Assembly: GCA_044359815.1 (NCBI GenBank)
Contig: JBIKLL010000010.1
Span: 1-55,204 of the forward strand
Length of the DNA: 55,204 nt
DNA from: Pseudobdellovibrionaceae bacterium
GTDB taxonomy: Bacteria; Bdellovibrionota; Bdellovibrionia; Bdellovibrionales; Bdellovibrionaceae
Direction of reading: 5' to 3'
This document shows positions 41,264 through 52,622 of this stretch, in pieces. Positions within the stretch are counted from its first letter, which is position 1. Every line of letters starts with the position of its first letter. The position numbers were made by a program, and so were the translations under genes. Below the pieces are notes generated by a model, which saw only the letters and a program-made list of their open reading frames with translations, did not search any database and was not told where the DNA came from.

Positions 41264-44200
41264 ATGGCAAAAGACACTAGTATAAAAAAAGTATTAATCA
41301 TCGGCAGCGGCCCAATTATGATCGGTCAGGCTTGTGAATTTGATTACTCGGGAACTCAAGCATGCAAGGCCCTAATGCAGGAGGGATTGCAGGTCATATT
41401 AGTAAATTCAAATCCGGCAACTATTATGACTGATCCAGAAATTGCAACCAAGGTTTACATCGAACCTTTGCAAGCTGATTTTATTGAAAAAATAATTGAA
41501 ATCGAAAAGCCAGACAGTTTAATCCCAACATTGGGTGGGCAAACAGCGCTTAATTTAGCTCTGGAGCTTCATGAGCGAGGAACTCTCAAAAAGCACAATG
41601 TCAGGTTATTAGGAGCCGATCCCCAGGTTATTAGGTCAGCCGAGGACAGAGAGCTTTTCAGAGATATTTTGGACAAAGTCGGTGCCAAATATCCGGCCAG
41701 TGAAATGGTTCGGGATTTTAAACAAAGTCTTAAGGTTGCTGAAAAATTTGGATTTCCTCTGATTTTGCGACCTAACTACACTTTGGGTGGCGGCGGTGGT
41801 GGGATCGCCTATTCACTGGATGAATACAAGGAAATGATTGCCAAGGCTCTTCACGAAAGTCCAACTTCTGAGGTGCTGGTTGAAGAAAGCATTCTGGGTT
41901 GGAAAGAATTTGAATTGGAGGTCATGCGCGATCACAAAGGAACTTTTGTGGTCATTTGCTCCATTGAAAATTTTGATCCCTGCGGAGTTCACACAGGGGA
42001 TTCAATAACGGTGGCTCCTCAGCAAACTTTAACTGATTACGAATATCAGGCAATGCGTGATGAGGCTTACAAAGTTTTGAACGAAGTCGGAGTGCAAACG
42101 GGCGGAGCCAATATTCAGTTTGCCGTGCATCCACAGACTGGTGAAAGGGTCGTCATCGAGATGAATCCGCGAGTCAGTCGATCGTCTGCCTTGGCCAGTA
42201 AAGCGACAGGTTTTCCAATTGCTAAAATCGCGGCACTTCTGGCTATTGGCTATTCGCTGGATGAATTAAAAAATGACATTACCAAGGTCACACCGTCTTG
42301 CTACGAGCCTGCCCTTGATTATGTAGTGACTAAGATTCCAAAATTTGTTTTTGAAAAATTCGCTGGATCAAAAGACACACTCAGTACCCAAATGAAATCT
42401 GTCGGCGAAGTCATGGCGATTGGTAGGACTTTTAAAGAATCTTTTGTAAAGGCAATTAATTCTCTGGAATCAACTAAGGAAGGAATTTTTGAAACAAAGC
42501 TCAGCTTGGATAAGCTTTCTTATCCTAATAGCCAAAGATTGTTTCATGTCTTTCAGGCTTTGCGAGAAGGAATGTCAGTTGCTGAAATCAATCATCTGAC
42601 TCAGATCACGCCATGGTTTTTAGATCAATTGAAAGACATCATTGAAGTTGAAAATTCGATCAGAAATTCCGTTTTAGACAGTGCACTCTTATTGAAAGCC
42701 AAAAGAAACGGATTTTTGGATTCGCAGATTGCGCGATTGAAAAATCAAACTTCCGAATCGATTTCAGAAATGCGAACAAAGCACAAAATCAAACCTGCTT
42801 TTTTTCAGGTCGATACAAGTGCTGCTGAATTTGAGTCCTCCACACCGTATTTTTATTCAACCTACTGGTCTGAGCCTTCTGTTAATAATTTTGGCTGTCA
42901 GCCCGTAGTTGTTATTGGTTCTGGGCCTAATCGTATTGGTCAGGGTATCGAGTTTGATTACAGCTGCGTGCGAGGGGTTAAGGCCTTACAAGTCGCTGGC
43001 AAAAAAGTCGTGATGATCAATTCAAATCCAGAAACTGTGTCCACAGATTATGACACTTCTGATTTTTTGTTTTTTGAACCGCTGACCTCTGAAAATGTCA
43101 CTGAAATCATGGAATGGGTAAAGCCTTCTGGCTTCGTGGCTCAATTGGGTGGGCAGACTCCAATAAATTTAGCAGTGGCTTTGACTCAAAAGGGTTTTAA
43201 ACTGTTGGGATCTTCGGTGAAAGCAATCGACATGGCCGAGGATCGCGGGTTGTTTGCACAAATTTGCAATGATCTGAAATTAAATATTCCTAAGTCAATT
43301 ATGGTCAGTCAGGTTTCTGAGGCCTTAGAGTTTGCTCAGAAAACTTCTTACCCCCTGATTTGTCGCCCCAGTTATGTGTTGGGTGGACGGAGGATGGAAG
43401 TCATAGAAAACCAACGTGAACTTGAAAATTATTTTGAAAGACACGCCGAATTTATTTCTGTGCAAATGCCTTGTTTGGTGGATCAGTTTTTGGAAGGGGC
43501 CTTGGAAGTCGATGTGGATTTGGTCCGAGGTACCGATTGGACCTTGATCGGTGGAGTCGTCGAGCATATTGAAGCTGCCGGAGTTCATTCTGGCGACAGC
43601 ATGGGTGTTTTGCCACCTCAACGATTGTTACCTCAAGTTTGTACGGAAATCGAAAAGCTCAGTGCCGAAATTGCCAAGCGCTTGGACATCATCGGGCATT
43701 TGAATTTGCAGCTAGCGATTAAAAACAATGTTGTGTTTGTCCTGGAAGCCAATCCCAGAAGCTCCAGGTCAGTGCCTTTTATTTGTAAGGCCGCAAGTAT
43801 TCCTTTGATTGATTTAGGTATCTGGGCTGTTTTAGGTAAAACTAAAAGTGAAGTTGATCCTGATAAATACAATTGGCATAAAATAAAAAACGTAAATGTT
43901 AAGGGAGTGGTTTTCCCATTTAAAAAATTTGCAGATTCTGATTCTATCCTGGGGCCCGAAATGAAATCCACAGGGGAAACTATGGGTCGGGGGCCGACTT
44001 ATTCGGAAGCTTTGATGAAGGCTCTATTGTCCAGCTACGTAAAGTTGCCTCAGAAAGGCGAAATATTTTTATCACTCAGGGACAAAGACAAGCCCGAGAT
44101 CTTTGAACTGGCAAAAACGTTGCAAAAAATGGGTTACACTTTTTCTGCCACATCAGGTACAGCCAGTTTTTTTAATGAACATGGTTTGAAAGTGACGGCA

Positions 44201-44443
44201 CTTAAAAAAGTTCATGAGGGACGGCCTCACTGTGTGGATCGCATTCGTTCAGGCGAAATCGCCATAGTTTTTAATACGACCAGGGGGCGCCAGTCAGTGG
44301 AAGCCAGTTTTGATATCAGGAAAGCTTGCATAGATCATGGAGTGCCCTGCATTACCGAAAGTGATGCGGCGGAAGCTTTTGTCCTTGCATTAAAACAGAA
44401 GCAAGAAAATCATTATGATGTGTCTCCATTGGGGAAATACTGA
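41264..44443 (+). CDS. carB: Carbamoyl-phosphate synthase large subunit
   Basis: [48 protein letters not shown]-terminal MGS-like domain. Confidence 0.99.
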   Translation: MAKDTSIKKVLIIGSGPIMIGQACEFDYSGTQACKALMQEGLQVILVNSNPATIMTDPEIATKVYIEPLQADFIEKIIEIEKPDSLIPTLGGQTALNLALELHERGTLKKHNVRLLGADPQVIRSAEDRELFRDILDKVGAKYPASEMVRDFKQSLKVAEKFGFPLILRPNYTLGGGGGGIAYSLDEYKEMIAKALHESPTSEVLVEESILGWKEFELEVMRDHKGTFVVICSIENFDPCGVHTGDSITVAPQQTLTDYEYQAMRDEAYKVLNEVGVQTGGANIQFAVHPQTGERVVIEMNPRVSRSSALASKATGFPIAKIAALLAIGYSLDELKNDITKVTPSCYEPALDYVVTKIPKFVFEKFAGSKDTLSTQMKSVGEVMAIGRTFKESFVKAINSLESTKEGIFETKLSLDKLSYPNSQRLFHVFQALREGMSVAEINHLTQITPWFLDQLKDIIEVENSIRNSVLDSALLLKAKRNGFLDSQIARLKNQTSESISEMRTKHKIKPAFFQVDTSAAEFESSTPYFYSTYWSEPSVNNFGCQPVVVIGSGPNRIGQGIEFDYSCVRGVKALQVAGKKVVMINSNPETVSTDYDTSDFLFFEPLTSENVTEIMEWVKPSGFVAQLGGQTPINLAVALTQKGFKLLGSSVKAIDMAEDRGLFAQICNDLKLNIPKSIMVSQVSEALEFAQKTSYPLICRPSYVLGGRRMEVIENQRELENYFERHAEFISVQMPCLVDQFLEGALEVDVDLVRGTDWTLIGGVVEHIEAAGVHSGDSMGVLPPQRLLPQVCTEIEKLSAEIAKRLDIIGHLNLQLAIKNNVVFVLEANPRSSRSVPFICKAASIPLIDLGIWAVLGKTKSEVDPDKYNWHKIKNVNVKGVVFPFKKFADSDSILGPEMKSTGETMGRGPTYSEALMKALLSSYVKLPQKGEIFLSLRDKDKPEIFELAKTLQKMGYTFSATSGTASFFNEHGLKVTALKKVHEGRPHCVDRIRSGEIAIVFNTTRGRQSVEASFDIRKACIDHGVPCITESDAAEAFVLALKQKQENHYDVSPLGKY

Positions 44444-45303
44444 TGAAGTTTATTTTATTGCTGATTCTAACTTGGAATATTGCTTGGGCAGAAACTGATC
44501 CCAGTCAGCTGGTATTTGGCTTTATACCCAGTGGCTCGGATACCGAAACAACAGAAGCCTCTAATCTGGTCGCCGAACATCTGCGCAAAAATTTAGGTGT
44601 TAACGTCAAAGTTTTTATTTCAAAAAATTACTCTGAAATGATTGAGTCTATAGATCAGAACAAAGTCGATTTTGCGTTTTTAACCGCCATGACTTACGTA
44701 ATCGCCGAGAAAAAATCTGGCGTAAAGGTTTTGCTTAAAAAAGTCTGGGATGAACCATTTTATTACAGCATTTTTATTACAAAAAATCTTAAAATTAACG
44801 GTCTGAAGGATCTGAAGGGCAAAAAAGTTGCCTTTGTTGATGCCAACTCTACGTCGGGATATTTGCATCCAATGATGGCTCTTAAGAAAAATAAAATCGA
44901 ACAGTCGCAGTTGGGGAAAGTTTTGTTTTCTGGCAATCATGCGGCTTCTATTGAGCTGCTTGAAAAGGGCGAGGTTGACGTTGTTGCGGTTTTTAGTGAC
45001 GACAAAAAGGGTAAAAACTCTGCCTGGCAAAAATATGCTAAAAATCCAAAGACTCCTTACAAAGTCCTTTGGACGTCTGATCCCATACCCAATGATCCAT
45101 TGATAGTTAGAAAAGATTTTTACAATGCCTACCCCAAGTTAACCCATAATTTAATGTTTTCTCTAATCGATCTTTTGGACGAAAAACGAAACAATCCCAG
45201 TATCAAAAAATATTTTGGCGCACACAGCTTGGTGCCAGCAACCAGTCGGCAGTACGATCCGGTTCGAGAGCTGGTCAAAGAATTCAATCCCCGTGTTGAA
45301 TAG
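44443..45303 (+). CDS. Phosphate/phosphite/phosphonate (PhnD-like) periplasmic binding protein
   Basis: Signal peptide; YYS, LKGKKVAFVDANSTSGYL.P, FSGNH, IPND motifs. Confidence 0.8.
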   Translation: MKFILLLILTWNIAWAETDPSQLVFGFIPSGSDTETTEASNLVAEHLRKNLGVNVKVFISKNYSEMIESIDQNKVDFAFLTAMTYVIAEKKSGVKVLLKKVWDEPFYYSIFITKNLKINGLKDLKGKKVAFVDANSTSGYLHPMMALKKNKIEQSQLGKVLFSGNHAASIELLEKGEVDVVAVFSDDKKGKNSAWQKYAKNPKTPYKVLWTSDPIPNDPLIVRKDFYNAYPKLTHNLMFSLIDLLDEKRNNPSIKKYFGAHSLVPATSRQYDPVRELVKEFNPRVE

Positions 45304-45305
45304 AT

Positions 45306-46028
45306 ATGTCTTTGCTAAGTGTTGAACAGTTGCACAAGTCATTCACTACCGGATTGTGGGGAGCTTCAAAGGTTCTCAATGATGTCAGTTTTGAAATTGC
45401 CGAGGGCAAGATCACAGGTTTTATTGGCGCCAATGGGTCAGGTAAAACCACAACGATAAAATGTATATTTGACTTGATCCACGCGGATTCAGGAACGATT
45501 CGGTTTTGGAATAACCAATCAATTTCATCTGCAGTCAAAATGCAAATTGGTTTTTTACCTGAAAGGCCACATCTGTATGATTTTTTAACAGCGTCTGAAA
45601 CTTTAAAATATTTTTACAACATTCATTCAATTGCAGGTGATTTTAATCAGTTGCAAGAGCAGGCATTAAAAGATGTAGGGTTAATTGATGCCAAAGATAA
45701 AACCGTAAAATCTTTTTCCAAAGGGATGCAGCAACGATTGGGACTGGCTATTTTGTTGATCAAAAAGCCTCGATTTTTAATATTGGATGAGCCTATGTCG
45801 GGTTTGGATCCAGAGGGTCGAGGCATGATCAAAAGGATTATTAAAAACCTAAATGCCAAGGGGATCACAATTTTGTTTAGCACTCATATAATGTCAGACA
45901 TCATTGAACTTTGTGATGACCTGATTGTTATTCAAAAGGGAAAAATAGTATACAGAACCAATAATGCTCGGGCCGTTCGGGAAACGGATCTGATGCCTTT
46001 CTTCGATGCGGAAAGCGGTAACGTTTGA
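45306..46028 (+). CDS. ABC ATPase, PilH-like (myxobacterial type)
   Basis: GANGSGKTT, GFLPERP, FSKGMQQRLG, LDEPMSGLDP; upstream of pilD. Confidence 0.8.
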   Translation: MSLLSVEQLHKSFTTGLWGASKVLNDVSFEIAEGKITGFIGANGSGKTTTIKCIFDLIHADSGTIRFWNNQSISSAVKMQIGFLPERPHLYDFLTASETLKYFYNIHSIAGDFNQLQEQALKDVGLIDAKDKTVKSFSKGMQQRLGLAILLIKKPRFLILDEPMSGLDPEGRGMIKRIIKNLNAKGITILFSTHIMSDIIELCDDLIVIQKGKIVYRTNNARAVRETDLMPFFDAESGNV

Positions 46029-46795
46029 AATATCTTAGTGTTGTACAAAAAATTGCGCTGAACTATGTACAAGAGCTGATTCGTAATCGCTTTGTGCTGA
46101 TTTTGGTGTTTGTGAGTTTTGGCATTTTAGTTATCAGCTCATTTTTGGGCGCATTGTCTATTGGTGAAAGACTTCGCATGACAGTGGATTTTGGTATCTT
46201 GGCGATTCATATATCTAATCTGTCGTTGTGTATTTTTTTGGGGTCCTTGGCGATTAATTCTGAAATAGAGAGGAAAACTTGCTGGTTGATACTCAGTGGG
46301 CCGGTCAGTAGGACTCAATTTTATCTGGGGAAATTTATTGGAATTCTGACCTTATCAACGTTTATGCTTTTGATTTTGTTCACCTTGCTGTCTGCTTTGG
46401 TTGGTTTTGGCCCCAAAATCTATAATTTATTTTTGATCGCAGTTGGAATTTGGATTGAATCTACTATTTTGATTTCAATTGTGATGTTTTTCTCTCAGTG
46501 GATGTATTCGGCGACTTCAATTTTTATAGGATATTCCGTTTTTTTAATTGGAAATTGGATGCAAGAGCTAAGTTTTTTTGGCGAAAAGCTCAGATCCGAG
46601 GTCTATTTACTAACAGCTGAAGTTTTAAATTGGATGCTTCCTCATTTTTACAGAATGAACTTTCGGACAGTTTATTTTTTTGAAAACGGAGTTTCGCTAT
46701 CGGTTATCAGTTGGAGTTTCTTCCACTTATTCGGATGGGTTGGTCTGATGATGACAATGGGTATTTTATTTTTCAAAAGGAGAGACCTTGTTTAA
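46025..46795 (+). CDS. ABC-2 type permease, PilI-like
   Basis: Multiple TMs; EIERKT..ILSGPVSR..F.LGKF; C-terminal FKRRDL. Confidence 0.8.
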   Translation: MKYLSVVQKIALNYVQELIRNRFVLILVFVSFGILVISSFLGALSIGERLRMTVDFGILAIHISNLSLCIFLGSLAINSEIERKTCWLILSGPVSRTQFYLGKFIGILTLSTFMLLILFTLLSALVGFGPKIYNLFLIAVGIWIESTILISIVMFFSQWMYSATSIFIGYSVFLIGNWMQELSFFGEKLRSEVYLLTAEVLNWMLPHFYRMNFRTVYFFENGVSLSVISWSFFHLFGWVGLMMTMGILFFKRRDLV

Positions 46796-47582
46796 TCCGG
46801 AAAGCCCCTTTTTGTTGGCTGTCATTGCCGGTCTTTTTGGGTCTATATTTGGCAGTTTTGCTAATGTCATCATCGCTCGTTTAGTGCAGGGGCAAAGCGT
46901 TGTTCACCCCAGAAGCCATTGTCCTAACTGCAAGCACACACTAAATTGGAATCACTTAATACCTATTTTCTCTTGGTTTTTACTGGCAGGTAAATGTGCT
47001 TTTTGTAAAACCAAAATTTCTGCCAGATACCCTTTGGTGGAAATTCTGATGGCGTATTTATTTGGACTGACCGCTTATCATTATGGAATCAGTGTCACAT
47101 CCCTAGAATACATGATTTTTATTTTTGGACTGGTGACGGCTTCCTTTATTGATATCGATCATTATTTGTTGCCTGATAAAATCACTTTACCTGGTATTGT
47201 TATTGGGATTTTAGGCGCAGCTATAAATCCACAACGAGAATTTTTAGATTCGATTTTAGGAGTGCTGTTTGGTGGAGGCGCTTTGTGGTTGGTTGCTTAC
47301 TTGTATCAGGCACTTCGTAAGCAAGAGGGCTTGGGCGGTGGTGACATCAAGCTGATTGCGTGGATCGGGGCACTATTAGGCTGGCAGGCCATTCCATTTG
47401 TTGTAATGACCGGCAGTATTGTTGGGACAGTTTTTGGATTGGCCTTGAGTCTAGGGTCAAAAGACGGATTAAAAACTGTGATTCCGTTTGGACCCTACCT
47501 TGCTCTGGGTGCCCTTTTGTATATTTTCGGAGGTTCCGAACTAGGAGCTCTGTACTTAAGTCTTTTTTTCCCACAACCTTAG
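46788..47582 (+). CDS. pilD: Prepilin peptidase/N-methyltransferase
   Basis: GSFANV, RSHCPNC...CAFC Zn motif, RYPLVE, IDID, GGGDIKL, IPFGPYL. Confidence 0.96.
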   Translation: MFNPESPFLLAVIAGLFGSIFGSFANVIIARLVQGQSVVHPRSHCPNCKHTLNWNHLIPIFSWFLLAGKCAFCKTKISARYPLVEILMAYLFGLTAYHYGISVTSLEYMIFIFGLVTASFIDIDHYLLPDKITLPGIVIGILGAAINPQREFLDSILGVLFGGGALWLVAYLYQALRKQEGLGGGDIKLIAWIGALLGWQAIPFVVMTGSIVGTVFGLALSLGSKDGLKTVIPFGPYLALGALLYIFGGSELGALYLSLFFPQP

Positions 47583-47659
47583 CATTGCAAGCTGGTTTGT
47601 ATCACATCCTTCAGTCTAAACTATCCTTTGAATGATTGGCTTTGAGCTGGAGTTTCATC

Positions 47660-48715
47660 TTGTTTTTTTCATCAAATAAAGTCATAGGGCTGGATATCGG
47701 ATCAAGCACGATAAAAGTTGCGGAGCTTGATGTTGGCCGCGGTGGTGCCGAATTGATTTCTTTTGGATTTGCCCCGACACCAGCAAACTCAGTCAGTGGT
47801 GGTGACATCACCGCTCCTGATATGATTTCTCACACAGTCAAAAAACTTATTGCGGATGCAAAATGCAAACGGAAAATGGTCAGTGTGGGAATGTTCGGCA
47901 CTGCAGTCATAGTCAAAAAAATTTCCATTCCAAGGGTCGAAAAAAAACTAATTCATGATCAGATGAAATTCGAAGCCGAACAGTATATCCCTTTTGAACT
48001 CAGCAATATTTGCTTGGCTTACCATATTGTAAATCCAGAAGGGTATTCTGACACCATGGAAGTTATTTTGGTGGCTGCTCAAAATGATCTGGTCTTTCAG
48101 TACACCAATGTGGTGTTGGGTGCAAAATTAGACTTAGCCGTATTAGATGTCAGTGGATTTGCTTTGGCCAATTTATTTGAGCTTAATTACGGCAAGTTTC
48201 CTCATCAAAACACAGCGATAATTAATATCGGAGCCAATGTTACAAATCTGGTGATTATTTCTGATGATCAAATTGGGTTTTGCCGTGACATCCCAACAGG
48301 TGGGGCAACCTACACTAACGAGATTCACAAGGAAATGGGCATTTCAATTCCTGAGGCTGAATCTTTAAAAATTTCAGCTGTGACAAAGCAAGATGTTCCA
48401 GAGCAGGTTCATTCAATCATCAGTGCGACTAATGATCTGGTCACCGAAGACATCAGAAATTCCATAGATTTCTTTGTCAATTCTCAGCAGGGTGGCAGTC
48501 AGGTTACTAAGTGTTATTTTACTGGCGGATCCTGTGTGATTCCAGGATTGGTTCAGAACATCAGTGCAGCAACAAATATGCAATTGGAACCACTTAATCC
48601 ATTTTTAAGGGTGAAGGCCAAATCTTCTGTTTTTAACGATCACTATCTGCAACAGATAGCAAGATTCTGTCCTGTTGTGTTCGGTTTGGGACTCAGAACC
48701 AAGGGGGACAATTGA
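47660..48715 (+). CDS. pilM: Type IV pilus assembly protein PilM
   Basis: IGLDIGSSTIKV, EAEQYIPF, actin-like fold motifs; TTG 47660 follows a GGAG SD (track 47636). Confidence 0.93.
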   Translation: MFFSSNKVIGLDIGSSTIKVAELDVGRGGAELISFGFAPTPANSVSGGDITAPDMISHTVKKLIADAKCKRKMVSVGMFGTAVIVKKISIPRVEKKLIHDQMKFEAEQYIPFELSNICLAYHIVNPEGYSDTMEVILVAAQNDLVFQYTNVVLGAKLDLAVLDVSGFALANLFELNYGKFPHQNTAIINIGANVTNLVIISDDQIGFCRDIPTGGATYTNEIHKEMGISIPEAESLKISAVTKQDVPEQVHSIISATNDLVTEDIRNSIDFFVNSQQGGSQVTKCYFTGGSCVIPGLVQNISAATNMQLEPLNPFLRVKAKSSVFNDHYLQQIARFCPVVFGLGLRTKGDN

Positions 48716-49302
48716 TCAAGATCAATCTAATCCCCAGTCGTGCAGGAGCTGCTGTTCAGTCATCGACCAAGTCTTCAGGTAACAATGAAATTCAGCGTAA
48801 AGGCGTAGTGAATTTATTTTTAATTTTAATTTTTCCTGCGGCCTTAGCGGTGTTTGAAACTCAAACCATCCCGCAGAAAAAAATTGAAATCCAGCGAATC
48901 ACCAAAGAAAAAAGGGAAATTGAAGCCATTAATCAACGAGCAGCTGTCGCACGTGAAGAGCTTAAAAAAATAAAAGAGGATCAAGAAAAACTTAATTCTC
49001 AAATATCTGTTTTAGATGGACTTCGACTGGATCGAGACAAAGAAGTTCAGATTCTGGATTTAGTACAAAGGGAAATTCCCGAACAAATTTGGATTCAATC
49101 ATTAGACATCAGGGAACGGGTATTAAAAATCACCGGCTACAGCATCAAAGACTCGGACATCAGCTTGTTTTTGGAAAAGCTCAGTAAAAGCGTGATTCTG
49201 AAAGACATATCACTGGCTAAATCCAATCAAGAAAATCTTCCTAAAATAGGCGCAGTCAAAAAATTCGAAATTGTTAGCTCTGTTGACCGAGGGGTTTTCT
49301 GA
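48712..49302 (+). CDS. pilN: Type IV pilus assembly protein PilN
   Basis: MIKINLIP PilM-binding motif, TM, coiled coil, IP..IW. Confidence 0.9.
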   Translation: MIKINLIPSRAGAAVQSSTKSSGNNEIQRKGVVNLFLILIFPAALAVFETQTIPQKKIEIQRITKEKREIEAINQRAAVAREELKKIKEDQEKLNSQISVLDGLRLDRDKEVQILDLVQREIPEQIWIQSLDIRERVLKITGYSIKDSDISLFLEKLSKSVILKDISLAKSNQENLPKIGAVKKFEIVSSVDRGVF

Positions 49303-49892
49303 TGTTTATGCGTTTAGCCAGCATCAGTCAGCGCAGCGCTTTAATCATAGGAATCCTTGCAGGACTTTTTTATTATGCGTTTGGTTTTGATGATGGTTCA
49401 AAAATTAAGGCCCAACTTAATAAGGCCAAGGAAGCTTTGGTCAAAGAACAATCTCTTCAAGTGCAATCTGAGGAGGCCATTCAGCAGACAGATAAAATCA
49501 AAGCTGCATTGATTCAATTGTCTGATCAATACAGATTAGTTTCTCAAGAACTTCCCACCGAAATTCAGATTTCAGAAATTTTAAAATCTTTTGACAGCAT
49601 ATCTGAAATCACTGGTGTCTCTATTAAATCCAAAGAACAGGGCCGGCCTTTGTTTAAGGAAAAAGACAATCTCGAGATTTTTCCTTTGTCTTTGGTGGCT
49701 GAAGGCAGCTATTCGGGAATCACGCAGTTTCTATACTACTTAAGCACTCTTGAGCGAATCGTGCGGATCAAGAACATTAAAATTTCCAATGACGACACAA
49801 ATTCAAATAATGAATACAAAGGTAAAGTCACTTTGCGAGCCGATGTTTTGTCTTTCAGATTAGCTGTGGATAGGACTGGTAAAAAACAATGA
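49302..49892 (+). CDS. pilO: Type IV pilus assembly protein PilO
   Basis: TM, coiled coil, LPTE, GSY..I..F....LERIV. Confidence 0.88.
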   Translation: MFMRLASISQRSALIIGILAGLFYYAFGFDDGSKIKAQLNKAKEALVKEQSLQVQSEEAIQQTDKIKAALIQLSDQYRLVSQELPTEIQISEILKSFDSISEITGVSIKSKEQGRPLFKEKDNLEIFPLSLVAEGSYSGITQFLYYLSTLERIVRIKNIKISNDDTNSNNEYKGKVTLRADVLSFRLAVDRTGKKQ

Positions 49893-50512
49893 ATCACTAT
49901 TCTAAGTTATTTATTATTTTTGCCGGTTCCATGTTAAGCGTAGCGACAATTTTTATTGCAGGTTCTTTATCGCCCGTTGCCACCAGTCAGAACAATCCAG
50001 TTGATACAGGAATTTTAAAACTAGAATCGCTGAAACTTAAAAAACCAAATTCAGTAAGCTCAGGTTTTTCATACGATCCCATCGGCAAGCGGGACCCATT
50101 TAGGCCATTCAATGCAACAACACCAACAACAATGATTGAACTCAAAGTGTCTGAACCCAAGCCTGCTGAGCCAGTCATTAAGCCAGTGGTCGTCCAGCCT
50201 AAAGTCGAAATCACATCAACGACGTTGGCGGCTCCACCGACCACACAGGTTAGTAATGATCCATTATTGAAGTACGAACTGACAAGATACAAAGTTGTCG
50301 GTATAGTTTGGGATGTGAATTCGCCCAGGGCTGTGATTATGGATCCCGACAGTAAGTTGTTTACGATCACAAAAAGCAGCAAACTTGGCAACAACAACGG
50401 AGTTGTAACACAGATCAAAGAGGGCGAAATCATCGTGACTGAACAAGGCATCGATAAAGTTTCGCAACCTGCCACTCGGGTTATGACTTTGGATCGTGGT
50501 GTGAGCGAATAA
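49889..50512 (+). CDS. pilP: Type IV pilus assembly protein PilP
   Basis: YDPIGKRDPF, PL.KY.L...VGIVW, G.N.G.V..I; no obvious lipobox Cys. Confidence 0.85.
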   Translation: MNHYSKLFIIFAGSMLSVATIFIAGSLSPVATSQNNPVDTGILKLESLKLKKPNSVSSGFSYDPIGKRDPFRPFNATTPTTMIELKVSEPKPAEPVIKPVVVQPKVEITSTTLAAPPTTQVSNDPLLKYELTRYKVVGIVWDVNSPRAVIMDPDSKLFTITKSSKLGNNNGVVTQIKEGEIIVTEQGIDKVSQPATRVMTLDRGVSE

Positions 50513-50528
50513 ATTGGACGGAGGAACC

Positions 50529-52622
50529 ATGGACGGGGCTAGCCAATTTAAAATTTTAATCAGCGCACTCATTTTGAGTTTTGTCAGCACGGCAATAGCA
50601 CAATCTGATTCAGAAGCTGATTTAACTTTGGATGAACCACTGACTTCAACTGGCTCCAGCGCCGCACCTGACTCATCAGCTGCTCCCAGCGCCCTTGATG
50701 CTCCCTCGGCCTTGGATTCAGCACCTGCTGCTAATACTTTTGAGATTCCCTCAAGCCCCTTGGACAATCCTCCACCAGCAGAAATTCCCATGGAAGCTCC
50801 GACAGATTTGCCGATGAAGGCTCAAGAAATTCCGCAAAGCCTATCAAACTCTAGAAACGATATTGCCAATATTAAATTCAAAAAAAATGACAATGGCGGA
50901 ACCATCGTTATCGAGGGCAGCGCGCCTTTGGATTACCAAACTCGAATGAATCAGGAAAACAATCAGTTAGTCATCGAAATTCAAAATGCAAAATTACCTG
51001 CCAGACTCAAGAGACCCTTTTTACTTAAGGACATGCCAGGGGCTCTTGGCAGTGTGGATACTTATCAAAAAGCAGGTTCTGATGTGGCCAGGGTCGTAGT
51101 CCAATTAAAATCTGGCGCGACAGAGCCCGTCGTTCAGGCTGAAGGCAATTCAGTACTCATCATCAGTCAGGGGTCAGAACCTGTTGCAGCTCCGCCACCG
51201 ATGGCACAGGCCAATGTTGATATCAGTTCAGAACCTGCTGTACCACCAACATCCGAAATGCAAGCTGATGATTCAGGGGCAGAGGAAAATTCGATTCTGT
51301 CCAGCGCCAGTCTTGAGGAATTTCTAAGGGGAAACGCAAAATTTTACGGTAAAAAGATTTCGCTTGAAACAACGGACATGGATATCAGATCTCTGTTTAA
51401 ATTAATCAGCGAAGAATCCGGTTTGAACCTTGTATTAGCTCAAAATATTTCAGGTAAAGTCAGCGTCAAACTGAGGCAGGTGCCTTGGGATCAGGCCCTA
51501 GTGGTTTTGATGAAAGCTTATGGCTTGGGCTACACTCGGTCAGGAAATGTCCTCAGAATCGCTCCTCTCAAGGACATCCAAATTGAAGAAGAGCTTTCAA
51601 TTAATCTTGAAGAACGCAAAAAGAAATCCACTGCCAATATGAAAGTCAGGATGATCCCAGTCAGTTATGCCAATCCAGACACTTTGCAAAAGCAGGTTGC
51701 AGAATTTGTATCAAAAGATATCACGGTCAGAGACAGCAAAATCGAAGAAAAGCCCATCGGCAAAGTCATAGCAGATTCCAGAATCAGTGCCTTGATTGTT
51801 TCAGACACGGATGAAGCCATTGCTCGTATCGAAAAAGTGGTGCGCAGTCTGGATGTTCCACCAAGGCAGGTGTTAATTGAGGGCAAGGTCGTAGAAGCTC
51901 AAGACAGTTTCAGTCGTAACATCGGTGTTAACTGGAGTGTTCTTGGGTCTCCTGTTGGCAGCAACGGAAATCTTAATGTGGCCAGCTCTCCGATTGGCAA
52001 TGGAACCAGTTCATCATTTGGTGCCAGTTTACAAATCGGCAGGCTTAATGGTTTAGGTGACTTGGCCGCCAGTCTTTTGTTGTATGAACGCGAAGGGATT
52101 GTGAAAGTCCTTTCTTCTCCGCGGATCATGACTTTACACAACGAAAAAGCCTCTATTGATCAACAAATCGAAATCCCGATTCAATCGGTGAACGTCTCTG
52201 GTACTACGACTTCCAGCTCGGTGACCTTTAAGCCGGTAAAGCTTAATCTCACTGTGGTCCCATCAATCACTAATGCTGGCGACGTGCTGCTGGATGTGGA
52301 TGTTTCACGACAATTTTTAGGTGATGAAGCTGATCCCACCACCAGGGTTCGTCCCGTTAATACCAGAGCCGCAAAATCAAAAGTTATGGTTAAAAACGGT
52401 CAAACAGCTGTCATCGGTGGAATCTATCAAAACGATTCTCAAAACAGCACCACCAAGGTTCCATTCTTGGGGGACATCCCTTTGATTGGATGGCTATTTA
52501 AAAATAACTCCCAAAAAGAAGACAAAAATGAGTTGTTAATATTTTTAACTCCCAGGGTGATTGGTTTTTCAACGGATTCACTCAGCTCAAATGATTCGAT
52601 GGCCGAGGAAACCAGTCTGTGA
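50529..52622 (+). CDS. pilQ: Type IV pilus secretin
   Basis: AMIN-like domain, VPWDQAL, QVLIEGKVVE, SSPRIMT, KVPFLGDIPLIGWLF, ELLIFLTPR; GGAGG SD before ATG 50529. Confidence 0.96.
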   Translation: MDGASQFKILISALILSFVSTAIAQSDSEADLTLDEPLTSTGSSAAPDSSAAPSALDAPSALDSAPAANTFEIPSSPLDNPPPAEIPMEAPTDLPMKAQEIPQSLSNSRNDIANIKFKKNDNGGTIVIEGSAPLDYQTRMNQENNQLVIEIQNAKLPARLKRPFLLKDMPGALGSVDTYQKAGSDVARVVVQLKSGATEPVVQAEGNSVLIISQGSEPVAAPPPMAQANVDISSEPAVPPTSEMQADDSGAEENSILSSASLEEFLRGNAKFYGKKISLETTDMDIRSLFKLISEESGLNLVLAQNISGKVSVKLRQVPWDQALVVLMKAYGLGYTRSGNVLRIAPLKDIQIEEELSINLEERKKKSTANMKVRMIPVSYANPDTLQKQVAEFVSKDITVRDSKIEEKPIGKVIADSRISALIVSDTDEAIARIEKVVRSLDVPPRQVLIEGKVVEAQDSFSRNIGVNWSVLGSPVGSNGNLNVASSPIGNGTSSSFGASLQIGRLNGLGDLAASLLLYEREGIVKVLSSPRIMTLHNEKASIDQQIEIPIQSVNVSGTTTSSSVTFKPVKLNLTVVPSITNAGDVLLDVDVSRQFLGDEADPTTRVRPVNTRAAKSKVMVKNGQTAVIGGIYQNDSQNSTTKVPFLGDIPLIGWLFKNNSQKEDKNELLIFLTPRVIGFSTDSLSSNDSMAEETSL

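Noticed and set aside
49987..50791. Long antisense ORFs (162 and 175 aa) opposite pilP and pilQ, and the other short shadow ORFs in the track
   Set aside because: They are mirror frames of well-supported genes in low-complexity regions, with no independent coding evidence.
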